Counted from the stretch's first letter, positions 1 through 8,985 are shown. The stretch: 32,000 bases of DNA from an uncultured Chloroflexia bacterium (GCA_963718915.1 CAVRAI010000004.1:150001-182000), one strand, 5' to 3'. Translations and numbers: made by a program. Notes: generated by a model not told the origin, from the letters alone.

Positions 1-34
1 CTTTACTGATTTCATGGTCTCCCGCCCAAGCTGA
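1..34 (+). CDS. 3' end of a third, upstream paralog of the zinc-ribbon/TM/jelly-roll family (partial, runs off the window)
   Basis: Reading from nt 2 gives FTDFMVSRPS-stop. This matches the C-termini AFTDFVVSRP-stop (gene ending 1303) and AFTDLVITRPD-stop (gene ending 2390). Confidence 0.55.
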   Translation, partial: FTDFMVSRPS

Positions 35-199
35 ATCCTGCGTCCCATGTCAGCGAGTGGGCGCCATCCTGGCCCATGCCGTTTGTGTCCGATGTGCGCC
101 TGATGTGCGCCTCTGGCAGACTGCGATCACTTTCATAGTGGGGCAGTCTGCCCAGGGTGGGGGATGGTTAGATAAAAATTCGAGAGTGGAGGAGAATGG

Positions 200-1303
200 A
201 TGCGGTGCCCCTCGTGCGGCTTCCCAGTTGATCAGCAGAACGCTGACCATTGCCCCCAGTGCGGGCGTCTGCTCACAACGCCAGCAGAACAGCGAATAGC
301 AGGAAGCGCCTCATTCGCTGACCCCAGTAACCCACCATCGAGCGTCGAACCGGTCGCGCCAAGCGACCAGGCTCCGCCTCAAAACCCCTATACTCCCTAT
401 ACTCCCTATACGCCGCCGGGCCAACCTGGCGCGTATCCGCCCGCGCCTGGCAGTTATGCCCAGCCGTATGGCCAATCCGCGTCGCCGAATCATCCGTTGC
501 CGCCGAGCTATCCGTCGCCGAGTGGGTACTTTCAAGCGGCCTACCCGCCGCTGGGATACGTCCAGCCACCCTATGCGGCACAGCCACCCGCGCCTCCCAC
601 TCAGCGGAAGAGCCGCGTCGGCCTGGTCGTCGGCATCGTCGCGGCAGTGGTAGTGGTACTGGCAGTCTGTACATGCGGTACCATCTTCGCCGTGCGGTCG
701 CTGAGCCATTCGGCGGTCATTCGGGGATTTCCTACGATCACAGCGTACACGCCAACCCCAGCGCCGACCCCTACCACCATTCCGGTGCGAACAGTGATCT
801 ATCAAAATACCTTTGCGTCTGGCGCTGATGGCTGGTCAACCGATACGAGTTCTTGCTTCTGGGAGTCCGATGGCTATCACCTCGTCAACAACAATGAGTG
901 TTACGCGCCGGCGGGCGTGCAAAAATCCGTCGATATCTCCGTCCGCGCGCAGCAGCTCCGTGGCGATACCAACGAGCCATATGGAATCGTCTTTGCCCTT
1001 GATGACCGGAACTACGACTATGAGTTCATGATCGACAGCGACAGCGAATGGGTGTTGTTCCGGTGTGGCGGCGACTCATGCGCCAAGGCAGTCGACTACA
1101 CATCCAGCGCCGCGATTTTGGGCGGCTTGCATACCTCGAACCGGCTGGAGGCGCTGGTACAGGGAACTCATTTCGAGTTCTACGTCAACGGCACACAGGT
1201 CGGGAGCTATGACGACCCGAACTATACCTCCGGCCGGGTCGGAGTTTCTGTTGGCGACAAAATCGAATGCGCCTTCACCGATTTTGTCGTAAGCCGTCCC
1301 TGA
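200..1303 (+). CDS. Membrane protein: N-terminal CxxC..CxxC zinc ribbon, Pro-rich linker, single TM helix, C-terminal LamG/DUF1080-like jelly-roll domain
   Basis: 367-aa ORF with GGAGGAG SD 5-8 nt upstream. Starts MRCPSCGFPVDQQNADHCPQCG. Contains PYTPYTPYTPPGQPGAYPP low complexity and the hydrophobic stretch VGLVVGIVAAVVVVLAVCTCGTIFAV. The C-terminal ~170 aa show a jelly-roll-like pattern (GIVFALDDRNYDYEFMI ... FEFYVNGTQVGSY ... GRVGVSVG). Confidence 0.85.
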   Translation: MRCPSCGFPVDQQNADHCPQCGRLLTTPAEQRIAGSASFADPSNPPSSVEPVAPSDQAPPQNPYTPYTPYTPPGQPGAYPPAPGSYAQPYGQSASPNHPLPPSYPSPSGYFQAAYPPLGYVQPPYAAQPPAPPTQRKSRVGLVVGIVAAVVVVLAVCTCGTIFAVRSLSHSAVIRGFPTITAYTPTPAPTPTTIPVRTVIYQNTFASGADGWSTDTSSCFWESDGYHLVNNNECYAPAGVQKSVDISVRAQQLRGDTNEPYGIVFALDDRNYDYEFMIDSDSEWVLFRCGGDSCAKAVDYTSSAAILGGLHTSNRLEALVQGTHFEFYVNGTQVGSYDDPNYTSGRVGVSVGDKIECAFTDFVVSRP

Positions 1304-1391
1304 TTGACTTCCAATCGTTGCCAGCATGCAGCGGCGCATGGAATTGCGCCATCAATGGCGAATGGATATGCGTTTCGATGAGGAGGAATGG

Positions 1392-2390
1392 ATGCGGTGC
1401 CCCTCGTGCGGCTTCCCAGTTGATCAGCAGAACGCTGACCATTGCCCCCAGTGCGGGCGTCTGCTCACAGTGCCAGCAGAACAGCGAATAGCAGGAAGCG
1501 CCTCATTCGCTGACCCCAGTAACCCACCATCGAGCGTCGAACCGGTCGCACCAGGCGACCAGGCTCCGCCTCAAAACCCGTATACTCCCTATACCCCGCC
1601 GGGCCAACCTGGCGCATATCCGCCAATGCCCAGTGGGCCTGTCGCGCCGATCTATCCACCAGCGGGATATTCGCAACCGTTTTACGCGCCAGCGCCACCC
1701 ATGACGCCAGCGCCGCGTAAGAACCGCACCGGACTCATCGTTGGCATTGTCGCCGTGGCTGCCGTGGTGGTGCTGGTCGTGTGCGCTGCTGGCGCGCTGG
1801 TCGCGATTCGCTCGCTACACCGGCCGGGCGCGACAACGACTGGGCTTGCGGCTTCTCCCACCATAGCCGCCACGAAGGTCTACAGCAACACGTTCGCCTC
1901 GAGTGCCGATGATTGGACGGAGATTCCGCAGCACTGTTATCTGGCGAATGATGGCTTCCATGCGGCGGGTGGCTACTATTGCACCGTGCCGGTTGCGGAA
2001 CAGGACAATGTAGATGTCTCCGTGAAGGCGCAGCAGGTCAGTGGCCCAATAGGCTGGTCCTACGGCCTCTTATTCAGGCAACAGGACAATGATAACTACT
2101 ATGCGTTCATGATTAATACCAGCGGCGAATGGGTGTTCGCGAGATGCGTAGCAGCCGATTGCACGACGCCAGTCTACTTCACCGCCAACGACGCCATAAG
2201 ATCTGGCCTCGGCGTCAACAACACCATCGAAGTGCGGGCGATGGGATCGCATTTCGTCTTCTTTGTCAACGGCACGCAGGTGGGGAACTATGACGACACC
2301 GCGCTCACCTTTGGCAAGGTGAGTCTCATCGCCACCGGAGCGTCAATTGACTGCGCCTTCACCGATCTGGTCATCACACGCCCCGACTGA
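1392..2390 (+). CDS. Paralog of the previous gene (zinc ribbon / Pro-rich / TM / jelly-roll)
   Basis: ATG at 1392 is preceded by AGGAGGA. The first ~80 aa are nearly identical to the 200..1303 product, and the C-terminal domain is clearly homologous but diverged. The ORF-track start at 1326 adds 22 non-homologous residues and lacks an SD. Confidence 0.85.
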   Translation: MRCPSCGFPVDQQNADHCPQCGRLLTVPAEQRIAGSASFADPSNPPSSVEPVAPGDQAPPQNPYTPYTPPGQPGAYPPMPSGPVAPIYPPAGYSQPFYAPAPPMTPAPRKNRTGLIVGIVAVAAVVVLVVCAAGALVAIRSLHRPGATTTGLAASPTIAATKVYSNTFASSADDWTEIPQHCYLANDGFHAAGGYYCTVPVAEQDNVDVSVKAQQVSGPIGWSYGLLFRQQDNDNYYAFMINTSGEWVFARCVAADCTTPVYFTANDAIRSGLGVNNTIEVRAMGSHFVFFVNGTQVGNYDDTALTFGKVSLIATGASIDCAFTDLVITRPD

Positions 2391-2496
2391 TCTCGCCTCC
2401 CAAGACCGAGGATAGCCCCGGATTTCCGACGCGCGGAGCCATAGACGGAAATAGAAAACAGGTGGTGTTACCCATCATCAACCTGGGGCTATCCCC

Positions 2497-2525
2497 TTGT
2501 GGCAAAGCCCTCATTGTGGTATGCT
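2497..2525 (+). promoter_or_regulatory. Candidate sigma70-type promoter (TTGTGG -17 nt- TATGCT with TGn extension)
   Basis: -35 TTGTGG at 2497-2502, 17-nt spacer, -10 TATGCT at 2520-2525 preceded by TGG. Lies ~70 nt upstream of the MBL hydrolase ATG. Confidence 0.4.
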
Positions 2526-2597
2526 AACTGCTAGGGCGGGGCACGCTGGCGGATGCGCTGACGCACCCCGCCCAACGCTTTTGTGAGGATTATTTCC

Positions 2598-3251
2598 ATG
2601 GAACTGACCTGGCTGGGGCATTCATGCTTCCGCCTGCGAGGAAAAGACGCAACGCTCGTTACCGACCCGCCCGCACCTTCGACGGGTTACTCCATCGGTC
2701 GCACCACCGCCGACATCATCACCATCAGTCACGACCACCCCGGGCATAGCTATATCAAGGGGATAAGTGGCGATGTGAAGAAAGTCGTCACTGGGCCGGG
2801 CGAATACGAGATTCAGCAGATTCTCATCACTGGAGTAGCCACCTGGCATGACCAGGAGAGTGGCAAGGCGCATGGGCACAACACCGCCTATCTCATCACG
2901 ATGGACGATATCCATATCTGCCATCTGGGTGATCTGGGCGACAAGCTGGATGATCGCGCGCAGGAGGCGCTGAACGGCGCTGACGTTGTACTGGTGCCGG
3001 TGGGTGGCGGATTCGCGCTGAACGCCGAGAAGGCCGCCGAGGTCATCACACAGCTCGAGCCGCGGCTGATTATCCCAATGCACTACGCGACGCCAGCCTA
3101 TAAGCCAAATGGCGCGGCGCTCGATCCGGTTGACAAGTTCTTACGCGAAATGGGGGTGGAAGCGGTCGAACCGCTTCCCAAACTTGTTATCACGCCTGCG
3201 AGTCTCCCGGCAGAACCGCAGGTGGTCGTTCTGAACTACCGGGGAGGTTAA
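2598..3251 (+). CDS. MBL-fold metallo-hydrolase (UPF0173-like)
   Basis: MELTWLGHSCFRL start typical of the family, HDHPGH metal motif, CHLGDLG, and an overall ~217-aa beta-lactamase-fold pattern. Confidence 0.85.
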   Translation: MELTWLGHSCFRLRGKDATLVTDPPAPSTGYSIGRTTADIITISHDHPGHSYIKGISGDVKKVVTGPGEYEIQQILITGVATWHDQESGKAHGHNTAYLITMDDIHICHLGDLGDKLDDRAQEALNGADVVLVPVGGGFALNAEKAAEVITQLEPRLIIPMHYATPAYKPNGAALDPVDKFLREMGVEAVEPLPKLVITPASLPAEPQVVVLNYRGG

Positions 3252-3261
3252 CTGAAGATGT

Positions 3262-3299
3262 GAGGGGCCAGCTCCAAAAAACGGAGGCGCTGGCCCCTC
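3262..3299 (+). terminator. Perfect 11-bp GC-rich hairpin downstream of the MBL hydrolase gene (no U-tract)
   Basis: gaggggccagc (3262-3272) pairs with gctggcccctc (3289-3299) around a 16-nt loop. It starts 11 nt after the stop codon. Confidence 0.4.
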
Positions 3300-3497
3300 T
3301 CCCTATGTGGCGATTGCTGTTTCCGGCCAGCGATTGCCCGACATGGCCTGTCTCGAACGCGCAATGAACAGGCGCCGGACGGACCCGTATTGTGCAGCGT
3401 TAGAAGCCTTATTCCAATTGGTCATCGCGACTCTGGTGAGTCTGGTGAGTCACGCAAGAGCGCGCATCGAGAGCAGCGCGCAAGGGAGCAGAGTGGT

Positions 3498-5180
3498 ATG
3501 CCAAAGTTTCTGTTCGTCACGGGAGGGGTAGTATCGTCGGTTGGTAAGGGCATCACCGTTGCATCGCTGGGTCGTCTCTTCAAGAGTCGTGGTTTGTCGG
3601 TCGCCATCATGAAGCTGGATCCCTACATCAACGTGGATCCAGGCACCATGTCGCCCTATCAGCATGGCGAGGTATTTGTCACCGATGATGGCGCGGAGAC
3701 AGACCTCGACCTGGGCCACTACGAGCGCTTCACCGATGAGCCAGCCAGCCAGGCTAGCAACGTCACGACGGGCCAGGTTTATAACGCGGTCATCGGCAAA
3801 GAGCGCGCCGGAGGGTATCTCGGCGGCACCATTCAGGTTGTTCCTCATATCACCAACGAGATCAAGCAACGCATTCACACGCTGGCGCAACAGACCAGCG
3901 CCGACGTGGTGATCGTCGAGGTCGGCGGCACGGTTGGCGATATCGAGAGCGAGCCGTTCCTCGAAGCGATCCGCCAGTTGCGCAACGATGTGGGCCGCGA
4001 TGACGCGCTCTACCTGCATGTCACGCTGCTGCCGTTCATCGGCGCGACACACGAACTGAAGACCAAGCCAACACAGCACAGCGTCAAGGAGCTACTGCGC
4101 GCGGGCATCCAGCCCGACGTTATCCTCTGCCGGTCAGACTTCCCGGTTGCCGATGAGATTCGCGACAAGATTGCGCTGTTCTGCAATATCGAGCGCCGCG
4201 CGGTCATCCCTGTCGAGACGGCCAGCAGCATCTACGAGGTGCCGCTGATGCTCGAAGATTTGGGGCTGGGCGACTTCCTGGTCGAGAAGATGGCCCTGGC
4301 GCAGACGCAGCCGACGGATCTGCGCGAGTGGCGTAGCCTGGTCGCGCGCATCGCGGCGGAGAAGCCGGTCGTGCGCATCGCGCTGGTGGGCAAGTATGTG
4401 GCGCTGCACGATGCCTATCTCTCGGTGGCGGAATCGCTGACGCATGCGGGCTGGGCGCATGGGGTAGATGTGCAGATTGACTGGGTGGATTCCGAGAAGC
4501 TCGATCAAGAGTGGGAAAAGCACGAGGAGCGGCTGGCGCAGGCGGCGGGAATCATCGTGCCGGGCGGCTTCGGGCATCGTGGCATCGAAGGCAAGATCAA
4601 AGCCGTCGAATACGCGCGGACGCATAGTATCCCCTACTTCGGGTTGTGCCTGGGATTACAGGTCGCGGTTATCGAGTTCGCGCGTAACGTGCTCGGATTG
4701 GAGCTGGCGAATAGCGCCGAATTCGATCCCGAGTCGCCCGATAAGGTGATCGACCTGATGCCCAATCAGCGCCAGATTTCTGAGAAGGGCGGCACGATGC
4801 GGCTGGGCCAGTGGGTCTGCTGCCTGACGCCGGCCAGTAAGGCTGAGGCGGCCTATGGCGAGCCGATCATCTTTGAGCGCCACCGCCACCGCTACGAATT
4901 CAACAACTCCTATCGCCGCCGCGTCGAGGCGAAGGGCATGCAGGTGAGTGGCCGCTCCGCCGATAACAAATTGGTGGAGATCATTGAACTGAAAGACCAT
5001 CCGTGGTTCCTGGCAACCCAGTTCCATCCAGAGTTCAAGAGCCGCCCGACACGTCCGCATCCGCTGTTCTTCGCCTTCATCGGTGCGGCCAAACAGCAGG
5101 CGGGTATCGTCGCCGAGGTCAATGGCCACAGCTCGAAGCAGACGGCCCACGCGGTACGTCAGGGCGCGTTGGAACAGTAG
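3498..5180 (+). CDS. pyrG: CTP synthase
   Basis: [20 protein letters not shown]-terminus. Glutamine amidotransferase half with GLCLGLQ and HRHRYEFN motifs. 560 aa from the ATG at 3498, with GGGAGC upstream. The ORF-track start at 3390 adds 36 non-homologous residues. Confidence 0.97.
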   Translation: MPKFLFVTGGVVSSVGKGITVASLGRLFKSRGLSVAIMKLDPYINVDPGTMSPYQHGEVFVTDDGAETDLDLGHYERFTDEPASQASNVTTGQVYNAVIGKERAGGYLGGTIQVVPHITNEIKQRIHTLAQQTSADVVIVEVGGTVGDIESEPFLEAIRQLRNDVGRDDALYLHVTLLPFIGATHELKTKPTQHSVKELLRAGIQPDVILCRSDFPVADEIRDKIALFCNIERRAVIPVETASSIYEVPLMLEDLGLGDFLVEKMALAQTQPTDLREWRSLVARIAAEKPVVRIALVGKYVALHDAYLSVAESLTHAGWAHGVDVQIDWVDSEKLDQEWEKHEERLAQAAGIIVPGGFGHRGIEGKIKAVEYARTHSIPYFGLCLGLQVAVIEFARNVLGLELANSAEFDPESPDKVIDLMPNQRQISEKGGTMRLGQWVCCLTPASKAEAAYGEPIIFERHRHRYEFNNSYRRRVEAKGMQVSGRSADNKLVEIIELKDHPWFLATQFHPEFKSRPTRPHPLFFAFIGAAKQQAGIVAEVNGHSSKQTAHAVRQGALEQ

Positions 5181-5263
5181 AGTAGAGCGAGAGACCCAAG
5201 CAATCGGCGCCGCTTGGAGATCGCTTCCAGGCGGCGTTTGTGTCATGCGTTTGAGCCAGCGCA

Positions 5264-5530
5264 TTACGGATATTGATACGCTTCGCCTATGTGAACCAGA
5301 TCAGAGATCGCACCATTCTTGAGCTTACTGACGGCATCCTGAATCTTTCTGGCGGCAGTGGAATCAAACGCCTGCTCGCCGCAATTTGTGCAAACCCCTG
5401 CTGTCACCGTCACTGTTACAGTGTCATGGCCGACCTTCTCGGTGTGCTCAATGTCTCGCACGACATAGGTATTCAAGTGCCCGCAGCGGGGACACTGCAG
5501 ACCCTCGAGCTTTTCCGCGAGCGTTGCCAT
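5264..5530 (-). CDS. YgiT-type zinc-finger protein (MqsA-family antitoxin N-domain only, no HTH)
   Basis: 88 aa with CPRCG...CTNCGE zinc-ribbon pairs and the pattern 'T-V-x-V..gVCxxCGExxfd' typical of YgiT fingers. GGGAGAGAGAG SD. Lies directly downstream of a DUF4258 gene. Confidence 0.7.
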   Translation of the reverse strand: MATLAEKLEGLQCPRCGHLNTYVVRDIEHTEKVGHDTVTVTVTAGVCTNCGEQAFDSTAARKIQDAVSKLKNGAISDLVHIGEAYQYP

Positions 5531-5587
5531 CTATCTTACTCTCTCTCCCTCGTGTAAATCTCAAACCAAAGTATAGCGCAACTGCTC

Positions 5588-5935
5588 TCATGGCAGCCGC
5601 GTGTGATAGTCTGTGTCCCATTCGTGGGGGCGTAAATCTGGACGATAGACCGTGACCATAAATGCCATGGTCGACACTTTACGCTGCGCAGCATAGCGCT
5701 TCGACGGAAACGCTACGACGCTATGTACAGGTCGGCCGTCGACAAAACTAAGGATGAGGCAACTGGGACCACGTGGATCAGTCGGATAGTCTTCGATCAC
5801 TGCTGCCGTTTGCTCCAAAATGCTAGCCCATATGCTGTCAGTAGCCAACTGATCCGCAATTGCTTCCGAAAGCGCATGGGGGCTAATGAAGATATCGTCT
5901 TGGCGGATGGCAGGGTGAAGACCTGTTAAATCCAT
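5588..5935 (-). CDS. DUF4258 domain protein (putative toxin component)
   Basis: 115 aa with ISPHALSEAI ... VIEDYPTDPRGPSCLIL ... PVHSVVA ... VTVYRPD..W, which matches my recollection of the DUF4258 signature. Confidence 0.7.
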   Translation of the reverse strand: MDLTGLHPAIRQDDIFISPHALSEAIADQLATDSIWASILEQTAAVIEDYPTDPRGPSCLILSFVDGRPVHSVVAFPSKRYAAQRKVSTMAFMVTVYRPDLRPHEWDTDYHTRLP

Positions 5936-6025
5936 GCCTGGAGCGTTGCCTTTCGCTAGAGCTACTCAGGGAACTTGAAAGTCATTCTGAGTCTCTTAGT
6001 TGGTTGTGCCGCGTTTTTTTTGCGC

Positions 6026-8560
6026 TTATGGGCGGGTGAGCCCGGCGCTTTTTCCGGCGGTATAGGCGCGCACGCGGTCGCTATAGAGGCGCAGCATCTG
6101 GCTGACGCGCGCGTTGATCGTTCCCTCCAGGTAGCGGTTATCGCGGTCGGGCCTGCCTGCGGGGATGCCAGTGAGCAGCTCGATACCCTCATCCACCGAG
6201 CTGATGGCGTAGATATGGAACCTTCCCGCCTCGACGGCTGCCACGATCTCCTCGCGTAACATCAGATTGCGGATGTTGGATCGTGGAATCAGCACCCCCT
6301 GATGGCCATCCAGCCCGCGCAGCTCGCAGAGCCGGAAGAACGATTCGACCTTGGCCGTGACCGCGCCGACCGCCTGAATCTCGCCGCGCTGATTGACGGA
6401 GCCAGTGACCGCGAGCGACTGGCGGATCGGGACGCCCGAGAGGCTGGAGAGCAGCGCATAGAGTTCCGCCGAGGAGGCGCTATCCCCATCGATTGGCTCG
6501 TAGTTCTGCTCGAAGCAGATGCTGGCCGAGAGGCTCAGCGGGAAGTCCTGGGCGAATCGTCCGGCGAGAAAACCACTGAGGATGAGGACGCCTTTGCTAT
6601 GGCTTGGCCCGCTCATCGCCGTCTCGCGCTCGATGTCGGTGACGCCTGCCACGCCCGGTGAGGTGCGCGCGGTAATGCGCATCGGCACGCCATAGAAGTG
6701 GTCTGTAGAGATACGCACCGAGAGGCCGTTGACCTGCCCTGCCACCTCGCCCGATGTCTCGATGACAAGCTGCCCCTCGTCGATCAGCTCGTTGTACTTG
6801 TCTTCAGAGAGGCTCGCCCGCCGCTCGCGCGCGGCAATCGCACGGCTGACATGCGCCGCCGATGTCGTCTCGGCTTTCTCCTTCTTTGCCCAGTAGCACG
6901 CCTCCAGCGTGAGATCGCGCAGGCTGCCAAACTCGGTCGAGAGACGCTCCTGATCCTCCGCCCAGCGGCTCCCTTCCTCGATCAGCCTGGCCACCGCATC
7001 CGCCGCCAGTGATGGGCCACCAGTGGCGCGTGCGACATTGCCGCTGAAGCGGGCATATGCCTGTTCGGCATCCGGCGTCCGTTGCATCTCGTCGGCGAAG
7101 TCCGCCCGCACCTTGAAGAGCAGCCGGAACTCCGGGTCTTGTTCTATCAGCGGACGGTAGGTGGAGAGATCGCCAATCAAGATGGCTTTTACGTTCGCGG
7201 GAATCGGCTCTGGCCGGAGGGTCGCGCCGGGCGGGTTGCCCTGAGGCTCACCGCCGCTGTCCATGCCAATCATGCCGAAGCGCAGCGCCCGTTTGAGCGT
7301 ATCCCAGGCATGCGAGGCGATGAGGTCATGCGCCTGCACGATCAGAAAACCGCCGTTCGCCCGGTGCAGCGCGCCCGCGCGAATCATCAGATGATCGGTG
7401 AAGGGCAAGCCGCGTTTGGTACCCGATTCGATGCGGCCGAGCAAATTGGTGCGCGTCGGGTTCATCTCGATGACAATTGGCGCGTCATCGTCGGGCTTGT
7501 GCGAGACCAGCACGTTGACCCGATAGCGGCGGAGGAGTGTGGGCAGACTCACCCGGCCCTCACTGCCATCCACTCCCTGATCATCCTCGTCGCCAATCTC
7601 GGCGTCGCTGGCAGACCCACTATCGTCGCCGTCACCGCGTAGCACCTCGACATGCGCGACCATATCGCCCACCAGTTGTCGCAGAAAGTCTATCGCGTCG
7701 GCGGAGATGGTGTACTGGTCTATCAGCGCCTCGATGCCGTGCGTCAGCGCCTCCTCAGCGGTCGTGGTGTTTAGCGTGCGGATTCGCGCGGCCATCTCAT
7801 CTTCAAGGGCAGTGATCTCTGGCAATCTGCGCTTGAGCAGCGTCTCCGCCTGTTCGTGTTTCGCACGCAAACGAGTACGCTCTACTGCTGGCAGCGCATC
7901 GATTTCCTCACGTGAGAGGATCTGTGGCTCATCATCGGCAACGGGCTCGCCGCCGCCTTCGCCACCGGATCGTGACGCATCCTGCGTGGCGCCTGGTGGA
8001 CGAAGAGGCAGAATCGCGATTCCCAGCTCGGTCGTTCGGATCAGGAAACCCAGCGCGAGTAACTGTTCGCGTAGCGCACTCCACAGCGCAGTGTGTTGTG
8101 GCTCGATATCGCTCAGCAGCTCCTTGCGTTTGGCGGCGTAGGTGTCGCTGGAAAATGCCTGACGTAACTCGCGCCGCGCGGCCTGGACGTAGGTGGCGAC
8201 ATCATGCGCGAAGGTGCGGCCCATGCCCGGCGGCAGAGCCACGGCGTGGGGCTCCTCTGGCTGGTCGAAATGATAGACGTAGCACCAGTCTTTCGCGGCG
8301 GGCAGACTCCTGGCGATAGCTTCGACCGCGGTGGCCACGGCAATGCGCCGCCCTGTGCCTGGGTCGCCATTGACGAACAAATTATACCGGCTGTCGCTCA
8401 TCTCCAGCGCGAAATCTATCGACTCCTGCGCGCGCTCCTGGCCAACCATACCCTCCGGAGCGGGTAGATCAGTGGTCGTAGCAAACCCAAGACCGGCTGG
8501 ATCGGTCTGCCGTCGCAGCGCGGCAGGCGCTAATTCCAGTGTCTGACGTCCATCATCCAT
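6026..8560 (-). CDS. Lon-like protease (AAA_32-type ATPase-like domain with long coiled-coil/acidic insertion + Lon_C S16 protease domain; COG1067/LonC-like)
   Basis: 844 aa. P-loop-like NLFVNGDPGTGRR has no Lys in the GK[ST] position. Walker-B-like GGFLIVQAHDL. Protease domain with IDGDSASSAELYALLS (catalytic Ser context) and AVGAVTAKVE (Lys). GAGGAG SD. Confidence 0.9.
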   Translation of the reverse strand: MDDGRQTLELAPAALRRQTDPAGLGFATTTDLPAPEGMVGQERAQESIDFALEMSDSRYNLFVNGDPGTGRRIAVATAVEAIARSLPAAKDWCYVYHFDQPEEPHAVALPPGMGRTFAHDVATYVQAARRELRQAFSSDTYAAKRKELLSDIEPQHTALWSALREQLLALGFLIRTTELGIAILPLRPPGATQDASRSGGEGGGEPVADDEPQILSREEIDALPAVERTRLRAKHEQAETLLKRRLPEITALEDEMAARIRTLNTTTAEEALTHGIEALIDQYTISADAIDFLRQLVGDMVAHVEVLRGDGDDSGSASDAEIGDEDDQGVDGSEGRVSLPTLLRRYRVNVLVSHKPDDDAPIVIEMNPTRTNLLGRIESGTKRGLPFTDHLMIRAGALHRANGGFLIVQAHDLIASHAWDTLKRALRFGMIGMDSGGEPQGNPPGATLRPEPIPANVKAILIGDLSTYRPLIEQDPEFRLLFKVRADFADEMQRTPDAEQAYARFSGNVARATGGPSLAADAVARLIEEGSRWAEDQERLSTEFGSLRDLTLEACYWAKKEKAETTSAAHVSRAIAARERRASLSEDKYNELIDEGQLVIETSGEVAGQVNGLSVRISTDHFYGVPMRITARTSPGVAGVTDIERETAMSGPSHSKGVLILSGFLAGRFAQDFPLSLSASICFEQNYEPIDGDSASSAELYALLSSLSGVPIRQSLAVTGSVNQRGEIQAVGAVTAKVESFFRLCELRGLDGHQGVLIPRSNIRNLMLREEIVAAVEAGRFHIYAISSVDEGIELLTGIPAGRPDRDNRYLEGTINARVSQMLRLYSDRVRAYTAGKSAGLTRP

Positions 8561-8664
8561 GACTGCTCCTCAAACGCTCCATACACCCACTGAGAAGATA
8601 GCGTGCCGCTGTGGGATGATAGCAGTGATAGCAGTGTAGCATGCGAAGCGACCGTTGCACAGGC

Positions 8665-8693
8665 TTTACAGTGGGTTCGCGGCGTGATATGCT
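8665..8693 (+). promoter_or_regulatory. Candidate promoter of the T-box leader (TTTACA -17 nt- TATGCT, TGn-extended)
   Basis: -35 TTTACA at 8665-8670, 17-nt spacer, TGA-TATGCT with the -10 at 8688-8693. Stem I of the T-box begins ~20 nt downstream. Confidence 0.5.
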
Positions 8694-8714
8694 AAATGCG
8701 ATATGAAGAGTTAT

Positions 8715-8985
8715 GGCGTAGAGCGGGACGAGTAGCAGGCGTCTTCCGACAGCGACAGATGGCCACCGGCTGAGAGCCATCTCCGGCAATGATGACTGCG
8801 AATACCACCCGTTAGCCCGACACCGACCCGCCTTGACTGGCGGCAGGCTGTCGCGGAAGGCATCCGTTATCGGCCAGTAATGAAGCACGCGATGAGCGGG
8901 TGAGTGCATTCGCCGCGTGAAATGTGGGTGGAACCACGGAAGGCGCGTTGCCCTTTCGTCCCAGGCGGGATGAAAGGGTTTTTTT
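8715..8985 (+). promoter_or_regulatory. T-box riboswitch leader, threonine specifier (ACC)
   Basis: Stem I: CGGG (8724-27) pairs with CCCG (8808-11), and GCAG (8735-38) pairs with CUGC (8796-99). The specifier loop has AGUA on the 5' side (8731-34) and GAAU-ACC-A on the 3' side (8800-07). AGCGA bulge at 8751-55 and a distal GGC-UGAGA-GCC loop. T-box sequence aaaUGUGGGUGGAACCACGG at 8920-8939 with a UGGA tRNA-acceptor bulge. Followed by a terminator. Confidence 0.8.
8951..8985 (+). terminator. Intrinsic terminator of the T-box leader
   Basis: CCCTTTCGTCCC-aggc-GGGATGAAAGGG forms a 12-bp stem (one G-U) and is followed by TTTTTTT (8979-8985). Confidence 0.85.

Noticed and set aside
55-67. 13-nt identity (gagtgggcgccat) between 55..67 and 26754..26766
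   Set aside because: A single 13-mer match is expected by chance in 32 kb of compositionally biased DNA, and the flanks do not align.
3431-3448. Exact 9-nt tandem duplication (tctggtgag x2) ~50 nt upstream of pyrG
   Set aside because: There are only two copies, with no associated promoter or hairpin that I can define. A slippage duplication is the most economical explanation. I saw no sign of the reiterative-transcription GGGC leader known for B. subtilis pyrG.
8553-8909. 118-aa minus-strand ORF upstream of the Lon-like gene
   Set aside because: It overlaps the T-box leader, which explains the sequence conservation features far better. It also overlaps the Lon-like start codon region and has no SD.
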